A DNA stretch of 64,000 nt from Gemmatimonadaceae bacterium (GTDB lineage: Bacteria; Gemmatimonadota; Gemmatimonadetes; Gemmatimonadales; Gemmatimonadaceae), in assembly GCA_044224875.1 (NCBI GenBank), contig JBGAJQ010000002.1:32001-96000 (forward strand), given 5' to 3'. Shown piece after piece: positions 48,998-59,553 of this stretch (positions are counted from its first letter, which is position 1; each line of letters starts with the position of its first letter). The notes under the pieces are model-generated. The model worked only from the letters and a program-made list of their open reading frames with translations, did no database searches and was not told where the DNA came from. Both the position numbers and the translations under genes were made by a program.

Positions 48998-50230
48998 GTG
49001 GCTACACCAGAGGCATACGACGCGTTCGCCATCGTCGCTCCCGGGCTCGAGGAGATCGCGCGACACGAGCTGCGCGAATTGGGAGCCCGCGGGCCGCGGA
49101 TGATCGAAGGGGGCGTGTCCTTTCGAGCATCCCGTGAGCTGCTCTATCGCGTGAACCTGTGTGCACGTGTGGTCTCGCGTGTCATCGTTCGCACCTCGGT
49201 ATTCCACGCTGCTTCGTTCCCGGAATTGGAACTTCGCCTGAAGCGAATCGCGTGGGGGCGATGGCTCGTGCCCGGCTTACCAACGCGCGTCAGCGTCACC
49301 TGCCGCAAGTCCAGGCTGTACCACTCGGACGCCGTTGCCGAACGGGTGAGCAACGTATTGGCGACAGCGACGGGCGTCGCGCCAGACCTCTCCAGAACGG
49401 AGTACTCGGAGTCAGAGGTCAACCAGGAGCTGCCGCAGCTGCTTTTGGTTCGACTCGATCACGACGAGTGCACCGTGAGCATCGACAGTTCCGGTGCCCT
49501 GCTTCATCAACGCGGATATCGGCGTTCGAGTGCGAAGGCTCCACTACGGGAGACGCTTGGAGCAGCTATCGTCATAGCGTCATTAAAGGATCATCAACAC
49601 GCCATTATCGACCCATTCTGCGGCTCAGGGACTATTCCGATTGAGGCAGCCATGAGGCTGCGTCGAATTCCGCCCGGAAAGAGCCGCGGCTTCGCATTTG
49701 AGCGGTGGCCGGACTTCGACCAATCCGTCTGGAGCGACGTCCGAAGTGCCGCCGAGAACGCCATCCTGGAATCGACGGGTGTTCGCGTGATCGCGTCCGA
49801 CCGCGATCAAGGGGCCGTACGGGGCGCAATGGACAACGCGCAGCGAGCGGGCGTTCAAGGCGACATCGAGTTCGAAGTCCGACCGGTTTCCGCCGTAGCA
49901 GCGCCTCCCGGCGAAGCGAACGGACTCGTAGTAACGAATCCGCCATACGGCGTGCGCGTGGGCGACCGTGATTCACTTCGCGACCTGTACGCGCGTCTCG
50001 GGAGCGTGCTTCGCGATCGCTTTGCTGGGTGGGACCTGGCCATCGTGTCCGCGGACCGGCGACTCGAGGCCCAACTACGACTCCAACTTCACGAGGTCCT
50101 TTCCTTTTCGAACGGAGGCATTCCGGTACGGCTCGTGATGGGGCGTGTCGGAGGCGTTGCCTCCGACGACGTTGCGAAAGGTAGCCGTCGCAAGGGCTTA
50201 ACTGCTGACCATACACGAGTAGAGAATTAG
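48998..50230 (+). CDS. THUMP-domain RNA methyltransferase (RlmL-like)
   Basis: LHQRGYR..APLRETL, DPFCGSGTIPIEA, NPPYG. Confidence 0.85.
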   Translation: MATPEAYDAFAIVAPGLEEIARHELRELGARGPRMIEGGVSFRASRELLYRVNLCARVVSRVIVRTSVFHAASFPELELRLKRIAWGRWLVPGLPTRVSVTCRKSRLYHSDAVAERVSNVLATATGVAPDLSRTEYSESEVNQELPQLLLVRLDHDECTVSIDSSGALLHQRGYRRSSAKAPLRETLGAAIVIASLKDHQHAIIDPFCGSGTIPIEAAMRLRRIPPGKSRGFAFERWPDFDQSVWSDVRSAAENAILESTGVRVIASDRDQGAVRGAMDNAQRAGVQGDIEFEVRPVSAVAAPPGEANGLVVTNPPYGVRVGDRDSLRDLYARLGSVLRDRFAGWDLAIVSADRRLEAQLRLQLHEVLSFSNGGIPVRLVMGRVGGVASDDVAKGSRRKGLTADHTRVEN

Positions 50231-50240
50231 ATTTCCGCGC

Positions 50241-52952
50241 ATGACCAGCCTTCCGATCACGGGCGTCTACAACGACGGCTACATCGCTGAGCTGTACGAG
50301 CAATACCGGCGCGACCCAAGCACACTCGACGAATCCTGGCGGCAGTACTTCGGGATGGCGGAGCACCTCAGTGGCGGCCCACGCTCGATCGCCACGACGG
50401 TCGCGGCCGAGCCGAACTACCTGCGTAAAGTGGCTGGGGCTGCTGCGCTGATCGACGCGATTCGCCACTACGGCCACTTGGCGGTGCAGCTGGACCCGCT
50501 CGGCACACCCCCACCCGGGGCGATGGAGCTGCAACCGGCGTTTCACGGCATCGTGGAGGACGACCTGTCCCTCGTCCCGGGATTCGCGTTAGGCTACGAC
50601 GTCGGGACGGCGGCTGACGTCGCCACGTTGCTTCGTCAACTGTATGCCTCGAACATGGGCTTTGAGTTCGAGCACCTGGAAGACGAAGCCGAACGCGATT
50701 GGTTCAGGCGCGCGATCGAGGGCGATGAGTTGCGCCGCTACCTCACCCCCGACGAAAAGAAGCATGTGCTGCGCCGCCTCACTGAGGTGGACGGGCTGGA
50801 GCGCTTCATCGGACGCGCGTACGTCAACGTCAAGCGCTTCTCCATCGAGGGAACCGACGCGCTCGTGCCAATGCTGGACACGGCGATCGAAGAGGCGAGC
50901 CTCACCGGAACGCGAGAAGTGGTCATTGGTATGGCCCACCGCGGACGCATCAACGTGTTGGCGCACATCCTGGGCAAGCCGTATGGGGTGATCTTCAACG
51001 AGTTCGACGGCAAACACGCGGACGATGGTGACTCCGAAACGGGGGACGTGAAGTATCACCTCGGCGCGAGCTCGGAGCGAACGCTCGGCGACGGGCGAAC
51101 GGTGTCGATCACGCTGTTGCCCAATCCCAGCCACCTCGAGGTCGTCAATCCGGTGTTGGAGGGTGTCGCGCGCGCCCGGCAGGTGTCCTATGCCACCGAG
51201 GAACTCGAGCGCGACGAAGGCGCGGTCCTACCCATCCTGGTCCACGGCGACGCCGCATTCCCTGGCGAAGGGGTCGTATCGGAGACGTTGAACCTGTCGA
51301 GACTACGCGGTTATCGCGTGGGTGGCACGCTGCACATCATTTCGAACAACCAGGTAGGGTTCACGACGGACCCGATCGATGCCCGATCGACCTACTACGC
51401 GTCCGACTTGGCCAAGGGGTTCGAGGTTCCGATCGTACACGTCAATGCGGACGACGCCGAGGCGTGTGTAGCGGCCGTGCGGCTTGGCATTGCGTACCGG
51501 CAGGCGTTCGGGAAGGACTTCTTGATCGACCTAGTAGGCTATCGTCGCCACGGGCATAACGAGGGAGACGAGCCGACCTACACGCAGCCCGCCCTCTACG
51601 CCGTGGTCCGTCAGCATCCAACGCCGCGCGCAGTCTGGGGACAACGACTCGTGACGGACGGCGTCATGCTCGCCGACGAAGTCGACGCGCTCGAACGCGA
51701 GATCGCCGACAAGCTCGCCAGCATTCACTCCGGACAGCGGCCGATTCCGGAGGCCGATACGGAGCCCGACGTCTCGCCCGGCGCTGGTCCGGTGGCGAGG
51801 GACTTCAAGGTTCACCCACGCCTGGCGAAGCAGCTCGAACGTCGGCGCGAAGCGTTAGGCGAGGAAGGCGGTGTTGATTGGGGCCACGCGGAGGCCTTGG
51901 CCTTCGGTTCTATCCTCACCGACGGCATAGAGGTGCGGCTGACGGGGCAGGACGTCGAGCGAGGGACCTTCTCACACCGCCACGCCGTACTGAATGACTC
52001 CGAATCGGGCGACAAGTACTGCCCACTGCAGCACCTGCCCGGAGCCGCGGCCCTCGAGATCTACAACTCGCCACTGTCCGAGACGGCGGTGCTTGGCTTC
52101 GAGTACGGCTACAGCACGGCGTCACCGCGCACCTTGGTGCTGTGGGAAGCCCAGTTCGGTGACTTCGCCAACGTGGCGCAGCCGATCGTGGACCAGTTCC
52201 TGGGTGCTGATCACGCCAAGTGGGGCCAGGATTCGAGCGTCGTGTTGCTGCTGCCGCACGGGTACGAAGGGCAGGGACCGGAACACTCCAGCGCACGGCT
52301 CGAGCGGTTCCTGCAATTGTGTGCAGAGGGCAACTTCCGCGTCGCCTACTGCTCCACCGCGGCGCAGTACTTCCACATCCTTCGTCGTCAGGCGCACAGT
52401 TCCGTGCGGCGGCCGTTGGTGCTCATGCAGCCCAAGAGCCTGCTGCGCCTGCCGCAGTCCGCGTCGCACCTGAAGGAGCTGACGGAGGGCACGTTCCAAG
52501 CCGTGCTCGACGACCCCGGAATCCCCAATCGCGAAGACGTCACCCGCCTCGTGTTCTGCACGGGCAAGGTCTACTACGAGTTGGTTACCAAGGAACGCCC
52601 CACGCACTTGGCCGTAGTACGCGTGGAAGAGTTGTATCCCTGGCCGCATGAGGCCGTGTCCCGAATCGTCGATCTCTATCCCAACATCGCCGAGATCGTT
52701 TGGGCGCAAGAGGAGCCGAAGAACATGGGGGCATGGAGTTACGTCGCCCCACGGCTGCGCGCGTCTGCTGGAAACGCACTGATCATTCGGTACATCGGGC
52801 GTCCTGAGCGCGCGAGCCCGGCGGAAGGATACCTCAGTTCTCACCAGGCTGAACAAGCCCGAATTGTCAGTGACGTGCATGCGGTGCCGAACATCCCCGG
52901 TCTGGGAGGGGGTGCGGGTATGAGCGCGCGACAGCGCGTGGTCGCGAGGTAA
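50241..52952 (+). CDS. sucA: 2-oxoglutarate dehydrogenase E1 component
   Basis: KRFSIEG, GMAHRGR, GDVKYHLG, HGDAAF, GQDVERGTFSHRH, WEAQFGDF, LPHGYEGQGPEHSS. Confidence 0.95.
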   Translation: MTSLPITGVYNDGYIAELYEQYRRDPSTLDESWRQYFGMAEHLSGGPRSIATTVAAEPNYLRKVAGAAALIDAIRHYGHLAVQLDPLGTPPPGAMELQPAFHGIVEDDLSLVPGFALGYDVGTAADVATLLRQLYASNMGFEFEHLEDEAERDWFRRAIEGDELRRYLTPDEKKHVLRRLTEVDGLERFIGRAYVNVKRFSIEGTDALVPMLDTAIEEASLTGTREVVIGMAHRGRINVLAHILGKPYGVIFNEFDGKHADDGDSETGDVKYHLGASSERTLGDGRTVSITLLPNPSHLEVVNPVLEGVARARQVSYATEELERDEGAVLPILVHGDAAFPGEGVVSETLNLSRLRGYRVGGTLHIISNNQVGFTTDPIDARSTYYASDLAKGFEVPIVHVNADDAEACVAAVRLGIAYRQAFGKDFLIDLVGYRRHGHNEGDEPTYTQPALYAVVRQHPTPRAVWGQRLVTDGVMLADEVDALEREIADKLASIHSGQRPIPEADTEPDVSPGAGPVARDFKVHPRLAKQLERRREALGEEGGVDWGHAEALAFGSILTDGIEVRLTGQDVERGTFSHRHAVLNDSESGDKYCPLQHLPGAAALEIYNSPLSETAVLGFEYGYSTASPRTLVLWEAQFGDFANVAQPIVDQFLGADHAKWGQDSSVVLLLPHGYEGQGPEHSSARLERFLQLCAEGNFRVAYCSTAAQYFHILRRQAHSSVRRPLVLMQPKSLLRLPQSASHLKELTEGTFQAVLDDPGIPNREDVTRLVFCTGKVYYELVTKERPTHLAVVRVEELYPWPHEAVSRIVDLYPNIAEIVWAQEEPKNMGAWSYVAPRLRASAGNALIIRYIGRPERASPAEGYLSSHQAEQARIVSDVHAVPNIPGLGGGAGMSARQRVVAR

Positions 52953-53044
52953 GGCAAACACCAACTAGGTTGAAAACGGGGACGACGCGGATGCTATATG
53001 AGCATTCGCATCGTCCCCGAACGTGTCCATCGGAGCAAGAACTC

Positions 53045-55645
53045 GTGCGAATCGTACGCGCCGCTGCAACGCTCGTTTGTAGTGCACTGCTGTCTGGAGA
53101 GCTGTGCGGTCAGGGTACCGGCGCCGCCGCCCTGGGCCCGCTGGTCCAGGGACTAGGAGTCAACATGCGTGTGCTCGTCATCGGTGCGCATCCAGACGAC
53201 GAAGACACGCAGCTCATTGCATGGTTGGCGCGAGGCCGCCAGGTGGAGACGGCCTACCTGGCGCTGACACGCGGCGATGGGGGGCAAAACCTCATTGGCA
53301 ACGAACTCGGCGAAGCGTTAGGCGCCATTCGCACGGAAGAGCTGTTGGCGGCGCGGCGGCTTGATGGCGGCAAGCAGTTCTTCGCGCGCGCCTACGATTT
53401 CGGATTCTCGAAGAACGCGCAGGAGGCCCTGACCCAGTGGCCGCACGATTCGCTGTTGCGAGACGTCCTGACCGTCGTGCGGACGTTTCGTCCACACGTC
53501 ATTGTCAGCGTATTCAGTGGCACGCCACGCGATGGTCATGGTCAGCACCAGGTGGCTGGACTTCTGGCACGCGAGGCGTACGACGTGGCTGGAGACACGG
53601 TGCGATTTCCTCGTACCATGACCGCGGGAGCTGGCGGCTGGACGCCACTCAAGTTCTACCGAGGTGCGTTCTTTCGGAACGAGGCCGCCACCATTCGCAT
53701 CAACGTGGGCGAGTTCAGCTCCGTGCTCGGCCGCTCGTACTCCGAGATCGCCGCCGACTCGAGGTCGCAACATCGGTCACAAGCAATGGGTTCATTGCAG
53801 CGGAAGGGCGTGCGGTACGACTTCCTGATTCGCGAAGCGATGCGGGTGAGTGCGCCAGAGGATCCCAAGGCCGAGGCGTCCATTTTCGATGGGATCGACA
53901 CGACGTGGGCCCGATTCCGAGCCGTGGTGACGTCGCCGGGGCGGCGAGCCAGCTTGGACTCACTGGGCGATGCCTTTGCCGCGGTGCGTTCGCAACTCGA
54001 CCTGATGGACCCATCGCGAGTGGTGGCACCGCTGGCGCGATTGCAGCGGCTCATGCGCCAGGTGTGCGGCCCGGCCGCGGTCGGCAACCCGTGTGGCAGC
54101 GTTGCGACTGACGGGTCCCTTCTCATCGGGGACGCCGACTTGCACGGGTCCATGGAAGTCGCCGCCGAGCGGGTGGAGCGCGCCCTGGCCCTTGCCAGCG
54201 GCATCGCCGTCGAGGCTACGACTCCCCGTGAGGTGTACGCGACCACCGACTCGATCCCCGTTCTCGTCGAAGCGTTCAATCGCGGAAAGCTTCCCGTCAG
54301 CATGAACCGCATGCTGGTGATTGCCGACCACGGATCCATCACCCGTGAGCTTGGTGCCAGGGTGCTGCGTCCGGACTCGGTGCTTCGCGACTCGGTCTCG
54401 TTCCGCATGTCGACGGCCACGAGTCCGTGGTGGCTACGCGTTCCGCGTCGCGGTGCGGTGTTCGGTGTACCAGGGTCAACACGAGACGAGGCGACGGCCA
54501 GCGCAGCGGCGACGCTGCTCACCCAATTCACCGTTGGTGAGGCGACGTTCGCCACGTGGACCCCCGTCGTAAACCGCGTGGCCGATCCGGTCCGCGGCGA
54601 CATCTCCCGCCCCGTGGCCGCGGCGCCTGCCGTCACACTCACACTCGACCGGGAGGTCGAGTACGCGCCGGCCAACAGCAGCATTCAACGTCCAGTCCGC
54701 GTGCACGTACGTTCGGCCGCCTCGGCGGCGAAGGAAGTCCGTGTGACACTGGAGTTGCCGAGCGGCTTGCTGGCAGACTCCGCGACCCGAGCCGTTACGC
54801 TGCCAGCGGGAGCGCAACGCACGCTGACGTTCAGCGTGCGCGGTCGCCTAACGCCGGGCCGGCACCAGTTGCGCGCCACCGCAACGTCCGGCGGCGAGAC
54901 CTTCCAGACAGGGTATTCCGCCATCGAATATGACCACATCCGAACGCAACGTTTGTACCGACACGCGACGCTTGCCCTTGAAGCCGTTGATGTGAATGTC
55001 CCACGGGGGCTCACCGTCGCGTACATCAACGGCGTGGGCGATAACATCGCGCCAATGCTCGAGCAACTCGGCGTGTCCGTCACAGTCCTGGACCCGGCGG
55101 CACTACCCCGAACTGACCTTTCGAAGTATGGTGCCGTGATCGTCGGAACCAGGGCATACGAAGCCAGTGACGCGCTGGTGGCCAACAATGCGCGCCTATT
55201 GGACTATGCCAAGGACGGAGGAACCCTCGTGGTCCAGTACGGTCAGTACGAGATGCAGTCGGCGGGCATCATGCCATACCCCATCACCCTGTCGCGCCCC
55301 GCGGATCGCGTCACCGTGGAAGGCGCACCCGTGCGAGTGCTCGACGCCACGTCCTCCCTGCTGAGTGCACCCAACAAGATTGCAGCTGCTGACTTCAGCG
55401 GGTGGCAACAGGACCTGACGCTGTACATGCCGCGCACCTTCGACAAGGCGTACACACCATTGCTCGAGACGAGCGACCCGGGTGAGCCGGGAAATCAGGG
55501 AGCCCTCTTGGTTGCGGCGTTAGGCAAGGGGACCTACGTGTACACGACGCTGGCGTTCTTCCGGCAATTGCCGGCGGGGGTTCCTGGCGCCGCCCGACTC
55601 TTTGTCAACCTGATGGCCGCCAAGGCGGCGCGCGTTGCCCAATGA
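53045..55645 (+). CDS. PIG-L/LmbE-like deacetylase with NEW3-like and GATase-like C-terminal domains
   Basis: AHPDDED, TRGDGGQN, RTEEL..AR, HGQH, SQHRSQ; GGAG RBS. Confidence 0.85.
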   Translation: MRIVRAAATLVCSALLSGELCGQGTGAAALGPLVQGLGVNMRVLVIGAHPDDEDTQLIAWLARGRQVETAYLALTRGDGGQNLIGNELGEALGAIRTEELLAARRLDGGKQFFARAYDFGFSKNAQEALTQWPHDSLLRDVLTVVRTFRPHVIVSVFSGTPRDGHGQHQVAGLLAREAYDVAGDTVRFPRTMTAGAGGWTPLKFYRGAFFRNEAATIRINVGEFSSVLGRSYSEIAADSRSQHRSQAMGSLQRKGVRYDFLIREAMRVSAPEDPKAEASIFDGIDTTWARFRAVVTSPGRRASLDSLGDAFAAVRSQLDLMDPSRVVAPLARLQRLMRQVCGPAAVGNPCGSVATDGSLLIGDADLHGSMEVAAERVERALALASGIAVEATTPREVYATTDSIPVLVEAFNRGKLPVSMNRMLVIADHGSITRELGARVLRPDSVLRDSVSFRMSTATSPWWLRVPRRGAVFGVPGSTRDEATASAAATLLTQFTVGEATFATWTPVVNRVADPVRGDISRPVAAAPAVTLTLDREVEYAPANSSIQRPVRVHVRSAASAAKEVRVTLELPSGLLADSATRAVTLPAGAQRTLTFSVRGRLTPGRHQLRATATSGGETFQTGYSAIEYDHIRTQRLYRHATLALEAVDVNVPRGLTVAYINGVGDNIAPMLEQLGVSVTVLDPAALPRTDLSKYGAVIVGTRAYEASDALVANNARLLDYAKDGGTLVVQYGQYEMQSAGIMPYPITLSRPADRVTVEGAPVRVLDATSSLLSAPNKIAAADFSGWQQDLTLYMPRTFDKAYTPLLETSDPGEPGNQGALLVAALGKGTYVYTTLAFFRQLPAGVPGAARLFVNLMAAKAARVAQ

Positions 55646-56943
55646 GACACGCGCGGCTGGCGGGCGGCCGACAGCGCTTCCATGAGCCCCCTGATCGACC
55701 GCGCGTCGTCATCGTAGGCGGCGGGTTTGGTGGCATCCATGCCGCCCGGCGACTCCGCCACGCGGATGCCGAGGTCGTGGTCATCGATCGTACGAATCAC
55801 CATCTGTTCCAGCCGCTGTTGTACCAGGTAGCCACCGCCACGCTGGCACCGAGCGATATCGCAGTGCCTATCCGATGGTTGTTACGCAAGCAGGCCAACA
55901 CTCGGGTGGTGCTCGGTTCGGTCACTGAGATCGATCGCGAACGACGGATCGTGTGTGTCGAGGGGGCACCGGATGAGCCGTACGACTACCTCATCGTGGC
56001 CACGGGAACGCGACACGCCTATTTCGGCCATGATGAGTGGGAGGCCATCGCCCCGGGACTCAAGAGTCTCGACGACGCGCTCGATATCCGACACCGTTTT
56101 CTCTCCGCGTTCGAACGCGCCGAGGTGGCGGAGGACGAGGAGACGCGTCAGGCATGGCTGACCTTCGTGGTGGTGGGCGGCGGACCAACGGGAGTGGAGC
56201 TGGCGGGCATTATGGCGACGATTGCCAGGACGGCCTTGCGGCCTGATTTCCGTCGCATCGATACCTCACACACACGGTTGGTGCTGGCGGAGGCGGGCCC
56301 TCGTGTGCTGCCAAACCTCCCAGAAACCCTCTCGGCTCGTGCCCAGCGCGACCTCGAGGGCATGCGTGTGGAAGTCCGGACCCATACCAAGGTCACCAAA
56401 GTTGCATCCGATGCGGTATGGTTCGGAGACGAACAGCTGCACGCACGAACCGTGATCTGGGCCGCCGGCAATTCCGGTGGTCCGCTGGGGCTGCAGCTCG
56501 CGCAACCACCGGATCGTTCGCGACGCGTGGCGGTTACACCCGACCTGTCGGTTCCGGGGGACCCTAACGTGTTCGTGGTGGGTGACCTCGCCATGGTGAA
56601 GCGTGACGACGGGTCGGCAGTCCCTGGCGTGGCGCAGGGGGCGATGCAGATGGGAGACTGCGCTGGCGACAACGTGCTGCGTTCGTTGCGCCGTCAGCCG
56701 CGACGAGCGTTCCACTACAGGAATCTGGGTGACATGGCCACCATCGGACGTTACAGCGCGGTGGCACTGATTGGCGGCGTGGAAATCACCGGGTGGCTCG
56801 CTTGGTGGGCTTGGCTGTTCATACACATCATGCACCTGGCCGGATTTCGCAATCGACTGAGCGTCCTGCTGCAATGGGGCTGGTCGTACTTCACGTGGGA
56901 GCGCGGCGTACGGCTCATTGTCGACAGCGAGCGACGACGCTGA
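55642..56943 (+). CDS. ndh: Type II NADH dehydrogenase-like FAD oxidoreductase
   Basis: GGGFGG, HLFQPLLYQVA, GGGPTGVELAG, WAAG, GDLA. Confidence 0.85.
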   Translation: MRHARLAGGRQRFHEPPDRPRVVIVGGGFGGIHAARRLRHADAEVVVIDRTNHHLFQPLLYQVATATLAPSDIAVPIRWLLRKQANTRVVLGSVTEIDRERRIVCVEGAPDEPYDYLIVATGTRHAYFGHDEWEAIAPGLKSLDDALDIRHRFLSAFERAEVAEDEETRQAWLTFVVVGGGPTGVELAGIMATIARTALRPDFRRIDTSHTRLVLAEAGPRVLPNLPETLSARAQRDLEGMRVEVRTHTKVTKVASDAVWFGDEQLHARTVIWAAGNSGGPLGLQLAQPPDRSRRVAVTPDLSVPGDPNVFVVGDLAMVKRDDGSAVPGVAQGAMQMGDCAGDNVLRSLRRQPRRAFHYRNLGDMATIGRYSAVALIGGVEITGWLAWWAWLFIHIMHLAGFRNRLSVLLQWGWSYFTWERGVRLIVDSERRR

Positions 56944-57072
56944 GCAGGTCCGTCCCCGGGGGAAGCGATTCGCCCCGTCGTCTGACTAAGGGTCATTCCG
57001 CCAGCACGCTTTCGACCGCATGTTCTCGGCGCGAACGCCACCGTGAGCACGAACCTTCCTACGCCCCGACGA

Positions 57073-59550
57073 ATGAGCCACTCGACTGGCTTCCGCCCTA
57101 GCGGCCTGCTCCTCACTCACGTTGCCGCTCTTGCCTTCGTCTGTTCGCTACCCCGCAACGCCGACGCGCAGTGGACGAATCGATATCCAAAGAACGTCGG
57201 CTTCGGTCATCAGGTCTATCTCGAAGGGTATGAGCTACCGACACTAGCAACAGGCGTGGTTGATCCCGTCGTGGCGCCGGACGGCAAGACCATGGCTTTC
57301 GCGTCCCGCGGCTGGTTGTGGCGCATGGACCTGACCACAGGCGAGGCGGAGCGGCTGACGACAGGGGCAGGGGTCGATTCGCGTCCTGCGTGGTCGCCCG
57401 ACGGACGTCAGCTGGCGTTTGTTCGAGACGACAGCCGCACCACCGCCATCGTCGTCCGGGACCTCGCCTCCGGCGCGGAACGCGAGATCGATCGCGGCAT
57501 GTCCCTCGATCCAGCATTCACGCCCGATGGACAGGGCTTGTACTTCGCCAATGCCAGCGCTGGGGACTTGGATATCTGGCGAGCCGATCTGACCAACGGC
57601 ACGAAGACCCGCGTGACGACGTCGTCCGCTGGGTTGGAGCTGCGGCCCCTCGCGCTGCCGGACGGACAACGCCTGATGTACGTCAGCAAGACGCGTGGCG
57701 GGCAGGACGAGGTGAGGTTACGACGCCTGGACGATGGCAGTGAGCGGTCGCTTCTGGCCGGCAGCATCGTGTCGAACCTTCGACCGGCGCTGTCACCAAA
57801 CGGAACGCTGCTGGTGTACAGTTGGCCGGTGGACGACGGGAGCTGGGAGTTGCGGCTGTCGAGCATCGAACGGCCGGGTGTTTCGATCAGTCTCGTGCGT
57901 CAACCGCGTGGCCGCCCGCTCACGCCATCATGGAGCCCGGACGGTGCCTGGATTTACTACGTGGAGAGCGATCGCAGCCAAGTGATGCAACTGTGGCGAA
58001 TCAGCGTCAACGGTGGAGCTGCCGAGCGAATCTCAGTGCGTGCGTGGGACTGGCGTGCGCCAATGGGGCGGGTCGTCGTACGGACGCGCGTTGCCGGTGC
58101 CGCGGGCGTGGTACCGGCACGCTTGAATGTTGTGGACGGCAACGGCCATCCGATAATTCCGGGTCAGGGCCAAGCTCGATTCGACGGCCAGAACGGACGC
58201 GTCTATTGGTACACTCCGGGCACGGTCGAGCTGGTCGCTCCTGTTGGGACACTCACGGTGCGCGCCGTGCGGGGGTTGGCAACTGTGGAGCAGACAGCCA
58301 TCATCGCGGTGAGCAGCGGCGAAGTACGCGACACCACCATTGCGTTGACGCCCCTTTGGAATGCACAGGCCAACGGCTGGTACTCAGGCGATCACCACTT
58401 TCATCTCAACTACGGTGGGCAGTTCGACCTGCTCCCGGATGACCTCGTCCCACTCATGCAAGGCGAGGATCTGGATGTCGGCACGCCCATGCTGGCGAAC
58501 CTCCACAATCGATTCCTCGATCAATCGCTGTGGGGCTACGAGCGTCTGGGAAGCGCACCCCTGATTGCGTTCGCGCAGGAGATTCGGCCGCATTTTCTCG
58601 GGCACGTGGGTTCGATCGGCACGCGGGTGCTGGAATGGCCGTGGGTGTGGGGACCCGGGTACGAGGTCTATGGTCGAGACGACCGTCCGAGCGCCAACGT
58701 GCTCGATGCGGTACGCGCGCATGGCGGACTGGGGACCTACGTTCACCCGATGCCGCGCGATGCGTTCGATGCCGACAGCTCAATCTCCATCATTCCCGTT
58801 GGCATCGTGCCAGATGCCGTGCTGGGACATGTGGACCTGCTGGAGGTGGCGTGTCTGTGGAGTGACGAAATCGGCTCGTCGAAACTCTGGTACCACTTCC
58901 TGAACCTCGGCATCCCGATCGCACCGGAGGCCGGAACCGATGCGATGACGGACTTTCATCGCACCATGGCCGTTGGTGCCACGCGGGTATACGTCCGTCC
59001 TGACGGACCCTTCAGCTATCAGTCGTACTTGGCGGCGCTGAAGGCCGGACGATCGTTCGTCACCAACGGACCGCTCCTGGACGTGCGCATCGGAGGCCAG
59101 CAGCCAGGCGATGTCGTTCCAGCCGGAGCGAACGTGCCGTTTCGCATTGTGTTGAGAAGTGCGGTGCCCGTTGCCAAGGTCGAGGTGGTGGTCAACGGCA
59201 CCGTGGCGTGGTCGTCCGCCGGCGTCGACTCGTCAGGCACTCGTGAGTTCACCGGCACCCTTCGTCTCCCGACGGCTGGCTGGGTCGCCGTGCGCGCCAC
59301 GGGACCGCGGACGGAGCGCTGGCCAGCGATGGACAGTTACGCGTTTGCGCACACCGCGCCCATCTGGATCGGGCGCCACAGCTCCGTCGAGGGGGCCGCG
59401 CAGCGCGCATCGGCCGGCGAGTTGCTGCGCATCTTGGACAATGCCGAGCAGCGCCTGAATGCGGGGTACGTGGGCAGCGAGATTCCAATCTTGCGCGCGC
59501 ACTTTGCCGCGGCCCGGGCGGAGTTGCAGCGACGAGCCGCCGCGAAGTGA
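57073..59550 (+). CDS. TolB/PD40 beta-propeller fused to a CehA/McbA-like (PHP-fold) metallohydrolase
   Basis: Multiple WSPDG repeats; WYSGDHHFH, GH, HP, GTDAM, GRSFVTNGP. Confidence 0.75.
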   Translation: MSHSTGFRPSGLLLTHVAALAFVCSLPRNADAQWTNRYPKNVGFGHQVYLEGYELPTLATGVVDPVVAPDGKTMAFASRGWLWRMDLTTGEAERLTTGAGVDSRPAWSPDGRQLAFVRDDSRTTAIVVRDLASGAEREIDRGMSLDPAFTPDGQGLYFANASAGDLDIWRADLTNGTKTRVTTSSAGLELRPLALPDGQRLMYVSKTRGGQDEVRLRRLDDGSERSLLAGSIVSNLRPALSPNGTLLVYSWPVDDGSWELRLSSIERPGVSISLVRQPRGRPLTPSWSPDGAWIYYVESDRSQVMQLWRISVNGGAAERISVRAWDWRAPMGRVVVRTRVAGAAGVVPARLNVVDGNGHPIIPGQGQARFDGQNGRVYWYTPGTVELVAPVGTLTVRAVRGLATVEQTAIIAVSSGEVRDTTIALTPLWNAQANGWYSGDHHFHLNYGGQFDLLPDDLVPLMQGEDLDVGTPMLANLHNRFLDQSLWGYERLGSAPLIAFAQEIRPHFLGHVGSIGTRVLEWPWVWGPGYEVYGRDDRPSANVLDAVRAHGGLGTYVHPMPRDAFDADSSISIIPVGIVPDAVLGHVDLLEVACLWSDEIGSSKLWYHFLNLGIPIAPEAGTDAMTDFHRTMAVGATRVYVRPDGPFSYQSYLAALKAGRSFVTNGPLLDVRIGGQQPGDVVPAGANVPFRIVLRSAVPVAKVEVVVNGTVAWSSAGVDSSGTREFTGTLRLPTAGWVAVRATGPRTERWPAMDSYAFAHTAPIWIGRHSSVEGAAQRASAGELLRILDNAEQRLNAGYVGSEIPILRAHFAAARAELQRRAAAK

Positions 59551-59553
59551 CGC

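Noticed and set aside
52953..52995. GGCAAAC...GAAA...GGGACG resembling a c-di-GMP-I riboswitch
   Set aside because: Stem pairing and the GCAAA element do not fit
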